A program made the translations under genes and the position numbers. 64,000 bases of DNA from Trichoplax sp. H2. Lineage: Eukaryota. Positions 1 to 12,000 of the stretch are shown one piece after another. The stretch covers positions 124,001-188,000 of the forward strand of contig NOWV01000137.1 in NCBI GenBank assembly GCA_003344405.1. The letters run 5' to 3'. How positions within the stretch are numbered: position 1 is the stretch's first letter; each line of letters begins with the position of its first letter. The notes below the pieces were generated by a model. That model was not told where the DNA came from and searched no databases. It worked only from the letters and a program-made list of their open reading frames with translations.

Positions 1-3000
1 AGGCGTGACTTGGGCAGTTAAGATTAAAGAATTAGTAAACACATGACATTGAAATTAATAAATAGTAAGATGCTGAAAAGCATTTTTGGATTATATTTAT
101 ACTGCTTCCATAGTAAATTGATTTATAGACTGAAATGTGTATACCTTATTGAAAATATGTATTATTCAAATGAAATTGAAAGAATTAATGCATTAATATT
201 AAAATTAATATCAAAGGGCTGCATATGCAATTCCGTAAACATGTGACATAAATGTAACCTTCATTGCTCTATTTTTACAACGGCCTTTCTCCTAATATTG
301 CAGCGAAATACTGAAAAATAGCCAGCAGGGGCGAAATATAACAATGAAAACTCCAATTTACTTACAGCTTGAAATTTTTATGATCGATTGCGCCTGTTTA
401 AACTGTTACATAATCTTACTCTAAGGGCGAATCAAAAAAATATAATCGTTACTGATTAAATACGATAGTTAGATGTCGAATTACATTACATTGTAAATTA
501 ATTTTTTTCAATTCACAAAATGATTCAGTTTAGTCCATGTAGTGTATTTAGTTTCACTGTAGTTTTTAGACATGTTCGTAAATATAGACATTTCGTTATG
601 TTCCGAATATAGATACCTCTAAAGTCTATTTCAACTATGCTTAAATATAGCTTGTCGTATTTAGTAATTTATAGCACCTACAGTCTTGGCTATTTCCTAC
701 ACCCATGCACTATTATATAGTCTGTTTATGGAATATGATGTATCTAATTCTATAATACTGTTCTCTGCATATGTTCTCTCTCTAAAACTATAAATACTGA
801 TGATTTCTGCCTCAGATTCATTCAGTTGCACTATTGGTCGTAGTAGTACTTCCTCACTTTACTTCACGACGGCTTACACGCTGATCTACCGTAACTACCG
901 CATTGTACCTCCATTACTATCTACAATAAAGTATTCACCTTTATTAAAATCCCTTGCATATTTTCTGTGAATGGCTACTAAGCCCGTAGCCGCTGATTCA
1001 TCCAACCCACCATCATAGTCCATATCATATTTAGGCAAATAATAAGGTATATTAGGTAAAAGTAAAAGATTATTATGAAATTTATTAATTAATAAAACTA
1101 AAGCTGATTTTAAAATACTGTATAGTAAAGCTACAGAACTCATCCTAATCAAAGACTATTGAATATTATTAAGAGAAAGTAATATAGTCGAATATACTTT
1201 CTCTTTCATAATAACTTCACAAAGAAACTACCGGTTTATATTTAATAAACTAACGAGGAAAAATTTTTTCATGTATTAAGTATACATTGAATTTCCTCCT
1301 TTCGGTTATTATGTTATTATATTGAGTACGTAATCGTATCATGAATATTATTGAGCTATATATTTAACTCTATGGCAGAAATATCCATTACTCTAGAAAT
1401 CGATGCTTTCATGCTAGTATCAAATTCTTGCAAGATTGTTTACAGAAATATGCCTCTTAGTATTTCTATTACAAGATCTATGTTGTATCATAGAACAGAG
1501 CTAGATGGCATGCATGTAATGCAAATGAGGAGAATTTATTTGCCTACTGTCAATATAGAACAACGCTACATTAAATCCTTATCTGGAATAAACGGGTGGG
1601 ATTAAGATTAGGTTAAAAGGAAATCCGTATAATTTATCCGCTTTTGATAAAAATGTAAATAGGTTTGCTGAAAATTGTTATCATCTTGAAGCCTATACTT
1701 ATTGACACAGCTGGAGCCAAACCTATTTAGATTATGCAAATAGGAAGGTTTCACAATCCAACTTGGTTAGTCTTCTAGACAATGTGAATATCGTATGATC
1801 TCGGCAATTGCCTCCATATTAACGTTATTAAGCACCTAAGGTCACAGTTAAGAATCTCAGTGAAGGTCGATGTTGTATCCTGTTGACTATATCAAATAGA
1901 ATAATGAAGCTCAACTAATAAACAACGTTAATTCTAGTTTCTGCTTAGGTCAATTTGATTGTTAAAGTCATGCATCAATCGCCATGGAGTATTTATATTT
2001 TAAATATTCAATATTACCCTACCTGATGACTGTAGCTAAAGTTAATTATTACCTAAGGTTATCATTTAAAACTGCTATATTTAACACATTAATTTATTTT
2101 GCATGACATTAGCTGATGGGCTTGCATGCATTTATTTTTGCCTATAAGCTATTATCTATGCTTACCATCTACTTTAAAATTCATGAATTCCATCAGAGAT
2201 AAATTAAAGGATACCTTGAATAAATTTATAATCGGTGTTGACTAATTTATCTTTGTTCATTATTGCTAGACTTATCTTCTATATTATCAATCTAATTTCT
2301 ACAATAACCGATAGTTGCTATTTTACTTTTGCATGAGTAATATGTGCAATTTTCTGCTTTAGAAAGATATTTATTGTGTAGAGATCTCTGGTATATAGGC
2401 TTTCAGTCGGTACTTTAGTGTCATATTGATCGTTATCAAGTAATTCAAATTTTATTATTAAAAAATACAAACCGATTTTTAATATCGCCATAATCGACGA
2501 AAACGAATTTTATTTGCGTGCTAGAGTTTGGTCTCGACATTAATTTCAATATTTTATCATAGAACTATTCTAAATTAAAAATGCTTTGGGTAGCTTGTTG
2601 AAGATAATTTCCCGACTAGACTGCTTATCGATTAAGTAGCAGTATAATCCATCAACCATTTAGTTTTCTTGTAATTTGTTGGTGAAATTATCATCTCTGA
2701 AGAATTTATTCACATCATTAATTTCTTGACAATCTACATCTTTCAATATTTTATTTAGCATAATCCCGAAAAGTTCCATCTGTTACTTCATACCGTCTTG
2801 GCTAAGATTTTCTGTCTAATCGTAATTGCAGTATTGTTATCATCAAGCGACATTGCCAATTTGCTTCCAATCATCGAGATCATAAACTGTATCACACTGC
2901 TTTTACTGGAATTTAATTTACTGTTCCTTTGTGAAAAAAGTAATTGCCTATCTAAAATAATTAAGATAACTTGATATCTTGCTCAAAGTCATATTCAATA

Positions 3001-3066
3001 TATTACTACATAAACCACCAAATAGCATTGATTAGAACTGAAACTACGGATTTAGAAAGTAATAAC

Positions 3067-4293
3067 ATGAATGAAAGCCGGAACCCCAACATTTTCATCA
3101 ATGAAACACTATCTGCTAATGTTCTTCCAATATTGCAGGCATGTTATGCTACTACAGCCTTTCTAGCTGTTACTAGTAATGCCTTAATCTGCTTTCTTCT
3201 TGGTCGTCGGAAAAAAATAATGCGTCAATCATCCAATAAATTTATCTTTGGTTTGTCAGTCAGTGGTTTAATCGAAGCTTGCATCTTATTTTTAATGCCT
3301 TCCTTTATTATTCCAATCGCAGATTACATCCTTCCAAAAGGATTAGCTGGAGATATATTCTGTCGACTGATATCATCGGAATATCTGCTTCATGTACCAT
3401 GCTATCTATCAGTGCAGATGATTGCCTCCATGGGTATTGAACGTTGGTATGCTGTCGTTAAACCAACGAAATACAAAAGAGTCTTTAGTAGACGCAATAC
3501 ATCTACCTTATTATTTACTCTGCTGGCTCTATCCTTTGCTTGGCCAGTCGATTATATCTTACGTGACTCTCATATATCAAATCAATCGAAGTTATACAGC
3601 CCATGCCAAATAATTGCTAGACCAATTGATTTCATGCTATTCTTTATTTTGGAGACTTTCCGTCTCTATCTCCCCTTAATGATAACCATATTCTGTTATG
3701 TCGATATTTCTCGACGCACGGGTAAAACCAACAGTTTATCTTCGCTAAAAGTCCGTGGCCCGGGTGCAGAGTGGATCATGATTCGCAGGAATATTAAAGC
3801 AGTAATCAGGAGAAAATTAACTTATATGGCATTTATCTCATTTATCGTTTTTGTTGTATGTTGGCTACCTCGCTTAGTATATCAAGTTCTAATTATATTT
3901 AAATTGGTCTCACTTAGTGATTACTATATCATGAAGCGCGTAGTATTATTGCCAATCGTCTTTAATGCCTTTCTAAATCCCGTCATCTATGCATCTACCA
4001 ATGATACCATTAGGAAACAGTTAGGTCTGAAGACATCCTTACGATATCCACGAGTCCGCCAACCAACACATCTACCTATCATCGGTAGTGGTATATTTGG
4101 CTTAGGAAATCGTCGTGGATCTATGGCGCCTCTCTTTAGTCCACAATCACTCGGACGTTTCTCGATTTCGCGTCGTAAGAGACGAATTGACATCATGGAA
4201 GCTTTAGATTCTGAAACAAGTACTATGACCGCACCTAAATCCAACGATGAGGGAACTACATTAACGCGGATTATTGAAGTAACACCTAATTAA
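3067..4293 (+). CDS. Single-exon rhodopsin-family (class A) GPCR, orphan
   Basis: Long ORF (track 2971-4293; first ATG at 3067, MNESRNP...). N-terminal N-glycosylation sequons (NES, NET), seven hydrophobic segments, TM3 C...ERW (DRY variant), TM6 CWLP, TM7 NPVIY, Ser/Thr-rich C-tail. Confidence 0.93.
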   Translation: MNESRNPNIFINETLSANVLPILQACYATTAFLAVTSNALICFLLGRRKKIMRQSSNKFIFGLSVSGLIEACILFLMPSFIIPIADYILPKGLAGDIFCRLISSEYLLHVPCYLSVQMIASMGIERWYAVVKPTKYKRVFSRRNTSTLLFTLLALSFAWPVDYILRDSHISNQSKLYSPCQIIARPIDFMLFFILETFRLYLPLMITIFCYVDISRRTGKTNSLSSLKVRGPGAEWIMIRRNIKAVIRRKLTYMAFISFIVFVVCWLPRLVYQVLIIFKLVSLSDYYIMKRVVLLPIVFNAFLNPVIYASTNDTIRKQLGLKTSLRYPRVRQPTHLPIIGSGIFGLGNRRGSMAPLFSPQSLGRFSISRRKRRIDIMEALDSETSTMTAPKSNDEGTTLTRIIEVTPN

Positions 4294-7200
4294 GAATTCA
4301 CCCCAATCTAAGAATTTTTATTTTGTTTTAGCAAGCAAAGAATTGATGATGATATAATGGCTCCATTCTGCAATTATTCAAGTCACTAAGTGCCTGATCT
4401 AAGCTGAGCAAGTACTAGTTCAAGAATATCGAAACGAATGAGTCGATGATCATATTGATGACTACATTCAGGAATGAATCTGTACCTTGAATCTATACTA
4501 TCATTTTAGACTGTTCTGTATCTGACAAACAGCTTAAATATTGAATAAATTCTGTTTCAAATTCATCTAAAGTCATCATCCAGCGATGTCCTTCCTACAG
4601 AAATTGAAAGTAGTACTAAATTTTATGAACTAGTGAGAGTCCTCTTTAATAAAAGTTACATTTTGGCAACTGGGATAATCATTTTTATTAAAATTTCAGT
4701 TAACAATTACATCTAACATTAGAAGTCGACATCAAAGTGCAAAGACTGTACAAGACATGAAATGGATAAACGTGTATTTATAAAAAAATTTAAATTAGTG
4801 AATAATTGAAGAAATTCGTCGGGAAACTGAATAGGCTGTTATCAAATTGAGGTAACTTTTGGGCGCAAAATATTGCGCAGCGTTGAGTCTAATCCGCGAA
4901 GATAGTGTTGCAAGTTCAAAATAGTTTTGAGTCACTTTTGGAGAGATATTTAGCGATGTAAGACTGTACTAAACTAATATTAACATACTAAGATATTATG
5001 TGAAACAATTTTGCAATTACCTGATCTTTTCTGATGTCTTCATTATGGCATATCCGCGCTATACAAAATGATTGCAATGTAAATATTGCCATTGAAACTT
5101 AAACTAACTGTCATCCTACCTAACTCTTAGCATGTAATCTAGCAAAGATACTTATACATTCAAGTCTACAATAGTTCAATTGGTAGAAAAAGTTTTTTCT
5201 AACAGCAAGATTGAGAAGGAAGAGTGGAAAGACTTCTTAAAAATCTACGCGATCCTTCATCTTGGGAATGGAGTAATCTGTTTTTAGCAGAGCAGTTTTC
5301 CAACCACTACTTTATGATAATTTTACGATAATTATCATTGATTCAATACATGTTTGTTAGCTTTTTATCTTGAATAATTTAGAGATTTTAAGCTGTTTTG
5401 TAAACAATATATAAAAATTTTCCCATTCATCACAGCACACCCAGGAAATAGTCTCTTAGCTTAATAAATTGCATGCAAATATTACAGTCGACATCCACTG
5501 GCCACTAGTTTACTGGTATCCGGCAGTTTAATACTCATTATATTATGTACTATTAACGTACTTAAACATGATATTCTATACTATTCCATACTATGACTTA
5601 TAATGAAATTACTGTTAGCTATATCTTGCATATTTTGTATATGATTTCCTTCGTAACATGATCACGTAGCAGATTATCATTTTTCTATCTAAAATCATCA
5701 TAGCTTGCTTATGTGTTTATTCTTTAATATCTACATTTAAGGTTTAAAATACGATATTTAAATTACTGCTAATGACTTTTAAATAAAAATATAGATTATT
5801 ACCTGTATGGGCTAATTACCTTTCTATTCCAGAAGAGCGCATATTAAGTCTGCAAGTTATAGCGGATACAATTTAAGACTCTTCTTTATGTTTCTAGATT
5901 GTAACTATAGAAAGTATAAATTGAGTGAGACAATCTTTGTGAAAAAGATCGTGTTGAAAACTTTTAGAATTACTGATTTGCGTTAGCAGGAAATATCACA
6001 ATCGGATCTAGAATCTACAATAAAATCTATTTCATATCTAATATATTGTAACTGTAAGTTTTCTACAGTTATAGATAAAGATTTTATCACCATTTACAGA
6101 TACAGTTTCGTAATTAAGCACAAGAAAAATTGAAGACTCCATAATAGCAATGGAATAAATGATCTCTAATTCTAATATCAAAACTACAAGTCTAAAAGTT
6201 GATCACGATTATTTCCGAGTCTTTGACATAATCATCTAGACTGCCATGTGTTCATGCGAAGCTTGAAGATGTCAACTTTATCGAATAAATGGTACCGCTT
6301 ATAGAATCTAAATTACATGCCTATCAATAATCGTGTGTAGCATTAGTAAGAAATCTGTAATATGTAGATAAGGTAAAATTAAGATTTTAATTGGTCCTCC
6401 TTAACTAGCACGCAACATCGTGAAGCGTGAATTATCAACTTAATCGTTTAGGCATTAAATTTTAGATGCAAGACGCAAGAATAAAATTTTATGAAATAGA
6501 AATATCATTAATTACGGTTGATTTCAATATCAAAATCAGAAGTTTAGGTAGTGGTCATAAAGCTTGGTTATCGTCCTTAAATAGCTCGATTTTAATGGTT
6601 AAAGGTATATGTAAAAATTAAATTTGTTAAACCTGGTAAATTACAGCTGTTCTTAAAATTAAAAGGAAAAGGTTAATTAACGATCGTGAAGCATAGCTAT
6701 TGTTTAGGCTTGTCAGTGTTGATATAGTGTATAAGAAATTAGACTTGCAGTAATTGAATAAATTATAAATGCATTGAAAGGCGGAAATACAATTCTAATT
6801 GATAATCATGCAGCTGGGCTATTATACTAATTTTAAAGTGTTAAGTAATTTGTAAAAAGTTAAACTTTTACAATTGAGCTTGATTAATTACAGTAGAATT
6901 TCTTTCATATGTGGAAAATTAAAGCGGAAAAGGCCATCATGCCGAATTATAACACAAGTGCTAAGACTAGATTATTACTTCCAAGTTCTAATATCCATAA
7001 TGGTGCAAAGGTAAATAGACGTCTATATATGCTGTATGTGCTAATTTTGCTCCTATTTCTCCGTCATAACATTTAAAACTTATTCGTGCAGGTGCAATAT
7101 CGTCAAAGTGGCTCATTAACTACTTCAAAATGAATGTAATAGATATGGCAGGATTGGGATTCCAATTTTTAATAGTTAGATACTATATATTCAGAGCCTG

Positions 7201-7322
7201 CTTGTTACAACTTCCAAATTTTGTAACAAGTACTAGATCTGCAATCAGCAAAGAGACCCAGTAATTAAGTTGAAGAACTAACTTTATTGTTAAAATGAAG
7301 AGTTTATATACTTTCTTTATTG

Positions 7323-8289
7323 TGACCTTTGATCTACTGACGTAGATCACAAGATCATCACTAACAGAAAGGTTTCCCTAGTTTAGTCATTACGAATAGA
7401 CTATCATGCCAAGTATGGCAACATGAGAATACATATATAAATAACCTTAATATAGTACCATAACTACATCTATATACGCCTGACGTGATATTTAACCATA
7501 TATAGAAAGAAGGTAACATACTGTTACGGTTTAAAATATTATGTGATAATGTTATTGAAGAAGAAATAGACGGTTACGATTAGATAATCATAAATATTAT
7601 GATCTGTTAATATTGTGAGATTCAATCGTTAATGGACTTCCATTAACGAATGTGTAGAAGTAAGGTACTTAATATGCCAATGACGTGTAATAACCAAAAT
7701 GGCGGTTGTCACACTTGTAGGGAATCTGTTAGATCTTAAATTGTTAATTGGCGCTATAATATTATTAGCGCATAATAATATCAATTATCACATATTTGTT
7801 CGATAGTAATTAATAGGATTACAAAGTTATAGAAAAGACTAAGTTATGCATAAGAATAATTAACAGGTGGAAAAGGTGTAGATTTGATACAAGTATATAA
7901 GAGGTTGTAATTTACCTCGCTAGGGAGGAGGAAAATACGGAGACCTAATAAAGTTAGTTTAGTAAATTTATCCAGACGCTTCTAGTCCGCCTTTACTGTT
8001 GACTGAGGTCCTTCGCTGAAGTGGAGCGAGTAGTGACGCCTGGTGGCAGTTTAACTGTAGGACAGAGGNNNNNNNNNNNNNNNNNNNNTGACCTTTGATC
8101 TACTGACGTAGATCACAAGATCATCACTAACAGAAAGGTTTCCCTAGTTTAGTCATTACAAATAGACTATCATGCCAAGTATGGCAACATGAGAATACAT
8201 ATATAGATAACCTTAATATAGTACCATAACTACATCTATATACGCCTGACGTGATATTTTAACCATATATAGAAAGAAGGTAACATACT
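7323..8289. other. Haplotype overlap across 20-N gap (8069-8088): 7323-7522 repeated at 8089-8289
   Basis: ~200 bp present on both sides of the gap with few differences (tacgaata/tacaaata, tataaata/tatagata, one 1-bp T indel). Confidence 0.9.
7522..8068 (+). mobile_element. Putative LTR-like 5' end of an insertion, truncated by the gap
   Basis: Starts TGTTACGG exactly where the two overlapping copies diverge; TATATAA at 7894-7900, AATAAA at 7947-7952, TGGTGGCAG (PBS-like) at 8041. No coding sequence or 3' end visible. Confidence 0.5.
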
Positions 8290-8439
8290 AATTATGTAAC
8301 TATTACAGAACGTGACACTATATCGAAATATGAAGTTTAATAGTCTTGAAGTTAGATTATTGTGTCAATCATCGACGTTGATGTAGTTAGAACGTGTAGC
8401 AAAAGCCTCTATTCGTGATTGTATAGACGGATTCATGTA

Positions 8440-9085
8440 GAATCAATTAGGTCTAAACAGGTCGTGAACTTTGATGAGAGAATAAAAGAGCGAATTCTAC
8501 ATTTAATCATAACCTGTCCCTAATTACTATGGTAGCAATCTATCTGTACAAGTGCTACTAGATCGGTATGAATGGTTACTTACCTTAAAAGCAAATATAA
8601 ACGAGAAATTTCTATAGTTATTGTCTTGCATTTATAAGAAAGTTTATACACGTAATTTTCAGACATGCCCATTCAGATATTATTAGCTCGAAATAGGTCA
8701 TAAAGTTCTTTGCAAAAGTATATGAACGAAAAGATCCTACGGCTATTAGTGTAATATTATACAAGATTCCTATTCATAGAATTTCAGACGTACCTGTATA
8801 AATGCGATGAGGTCAAAATTGGTCATACAGTACTTTAAAAACGAATATAAACGACCCAATATAGTTAATGCTGTATCTACTATAGCTAAAAGTTCCTAGC
8901 TATAGTGTTTTAGCTATTTCTATGCAAATACTATTAGGTCGAAATAAATATTGAACTTTGATAAGGGGTAATACTGAACTAATAAATTGGAAATAATCTG
9001 TAGATATTCATGCCAAGTCTACTTATAATGTTTTAGATATGCAAATGCTGTAATGTTAAAATAGGTCAAGGAGTGCTTTGTAAGT
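8440..9085. repeat. Degenerate tandem array, ~120-bp unit, ~6 copies
   Basis: Motif aggtc.aaataggtca...actttg recurs near 8449, 8560, 8685, 8810, 8936, 9055. Confidence 0.6.
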
Positions 9086-12000
9086 GGAGATCTTTAAAGG
9101 ATATCTGAATTCAAGGTATTTAAAATCTAACTGTAAAATGCAGAAGTAGAATAAATAATAGCTCTTATTTATCTGGAAGTCACTCCTACTTAGTTGATTA
9201 AAAGTCATAAAGCCAGCAATCATCCCTATCTAGTGACTTAATAGTTATAAACGCTAATGCCATCCATGAAAGTTACATTAATAAATTGAAATCGAATGAG
9301 TATGAACAGTATTTATTTCAGATTGACAAGCTACTGATCGTGAAACTGGGATTATAGACATAGAGACATCCTATGAACTATAATAGAATTCACGCTGAGG
9401 AAAATAATGACATTACGTAATGTTAGTATTCAATTGTTGATGAAATTCGAAATTATAGGAGTACTTACTACCAGTAAAGCTACTTTTGACATGGTTATAA
9501 TCAAATTATTCCTAAATTTAATAAAATATAGGCCGCAAAGACTTTATTTCGTTACTTAAATCATAAAAAGAACAAAAAATGATCGGGCTGATGCTTTCAT
9601 TAGTACGCTGATAATAAATTGTAACTCAAAATCATTCATGCATACGGATATGGGATAAAGAAATTAACTATTAATTCATATTAATAATATTATATCTTAT
9701 ACTTTATAGAAACTATATACCAACTGACAGTTGCTATTTATACGCCGATGAAAATCCCAGTCAAGAAGGCGTATATGGCGACGGATATTGTCTCTTAATA
9801 GCCGCCATGAATTCTAATCTATTGTAAAAATGCAGTGCGAAAATTTTCGCTTAATGAATTTGCTTGGTGATGGATTTACAGTTAGGCATATAAAGATATT
9901 AATGTGGGAAAATATTACTATTTTGCGCAGTATTAGCTCGTCATTTTAGAAAAATGGATTTAAATCAGTCTTGACAGTTTCATCTATTCATAGCCCAACA
10001 TTTCGGGGGTAATTTGATTAATTAAAGTCAAGTTTACCACAGTAGTAACCTTTCTACGAAAGAGTCTTTATCTGAAATACATACACTGTACATCATGATG
10101 TACCGTAGCTAATCTGGAGCAATTCTAGAAATTCACCTCTTCATATCCATTCTCATGTTATTTACTCATGTAATTGATCATTGCCCAGTTATTATTTAAT
10201 TTAAGGTATTTTCTATTCTTGCAAGACTCATTATATTTCAGGCTTTAAGTCAATTTTTCATATTAGTATTAGAATAGAAAGCCTATCCTAAACAATAGTC
10301 TAGGTGATGCATTTCTTTAATCGAATTTTAAAGTCTAATTTGTTCTAATACATTGTTACTCTCATAAAAATGCTGACTTAGTTGCGTAAATATGACGTTG
10401 ATATGAATTTAAAAATAGAATTACTTCGAAGTCGCCTCATAATTTTAATCATATTGTTTTATTAGTAATTGAAAGTATAGATTGAATGAAATGAAATTTA
10501 AGCCATTTGGTTACGGTAAAATGAATAAGGTTGTGTAGTAAAGTTATTAAGATCTGTTGTTTTCTAATAAAGAATTATTCTAAGTACAGATACACCAGTT
10601 ATATTGTAGACGATAGTATAATATATCACACATAAAATTGATTCGAGGTCATTTCATAACTAGGTGTAACTATATTTTTAATCCCAACCAAACTATGCCG
10701 AAAGGATACTAATATGAAAACACCTATTCCAGTTATAATTAGTATATATGTTATACAGTAGGATTCCCTAATTGAGAATTCAGGTTTATATATTCTGCTA
10801 TAGAAATGTTTCATCAAGATACTAAAATAAAGGACGCAACTTAAAAGAGCTTATACATAAGTAAGGAGAATAGAAGATTCTCTTGTCGAATTTTAATGAT
10901 TAAGATATTTACTTCACTTAATAACTATATTTTATCGGTATATCGTTCTGGGAGATACAAATTAGAGCGTAAATTAATTGATTCCACAAATGCAACTGAA
11001 GCAAAGTTAGTTACTACCTTTAATTTGACTATTCGAGGTATTTTTAAATGGCGGAAATTTAACAAAATGATTATAAAATTACCTGAGGTTGCTATAAGTA
11101 CAGTTAGTTAGATCAGAGACTACAAAGGGAGAAAACTTAACAGTCCATGGTGAGATCCTATAGCGATACGGTACTCAATGCCAATAATAGAAGTAGTCCG
11201 TTTAGAAGTGGCTAATGATTCCTTGATCAACATTGAGCAGCAGCTATAAGCAAGTTCCATTTCTTCATCGAACAAGTTCGTCCATGGCGCTAATTATGTT
11301 TTTAAAGTTACTGATATTTCAATTTTTATTTTAATATTCTGTGCTCAATATAAATTTATCAAAATTTAAATATAGCATCGATGTTTACATAAAGTGTACA
11401 TTAGCTAAAGTACAATATTCCTACGCTATCGTTTATAGTAGTAAAATATCTTACTTATCATACTCCATGCAAATGAACTCTTATTATACTATTAATTTGG
11501 TACATGCCTTTCCTTGCAATAACTGTAACTCAAATTTATTTAATTATTCTTCAATTTTTTTTGGATAAAAAGCAAGGAAAACATAGTAGATTAAAAGCTA
11601 ATAAATTCAAACTGATAATTTTCTGCTTTTATTTTGATATAACACTTTAATATTAGAATATGGTAAGTCAACCTTTTATTATAGGTATTATTGGTATCTT
11701 ATAAGAAATTTTGCAATATACATGCAGCCTTCAATGGCTGTTATAAGTATCCGTAGTATTTCAGCTCTTCTGTGATTTATTGATGCACCGGATGTGATAC
11801 ACATCCGTTGCATTTTAATAAACTGTTTAGACGAAAAATGAGAGGAGCATCCGTAATTAAGCTTTAAAGCGATATTTGTAAATTTTTATTTTTAAATAGC
11901 GTACTAATTTTTAACATTCGATAATTTTTATTCATAGGCTACCGCATGCACATCAACACCGGTAGTATTTCTAGTGTTTTTTAGTCCGGCTTTGGTTTAT

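Noticed and set aside
3422-4244. Alternative-frame and antisense ORFs in the GPCR (similar ones occur in GNPDA and SLX4 exons)
   Set aside because: Shadow ORFs of real coding sequence.
5165-5240. tRNA D-arm-like TAGTTCAATTGGTAGA
   Set aside because: No T-arm (GTTCRA), anticodon stem or acceptor stem follows.
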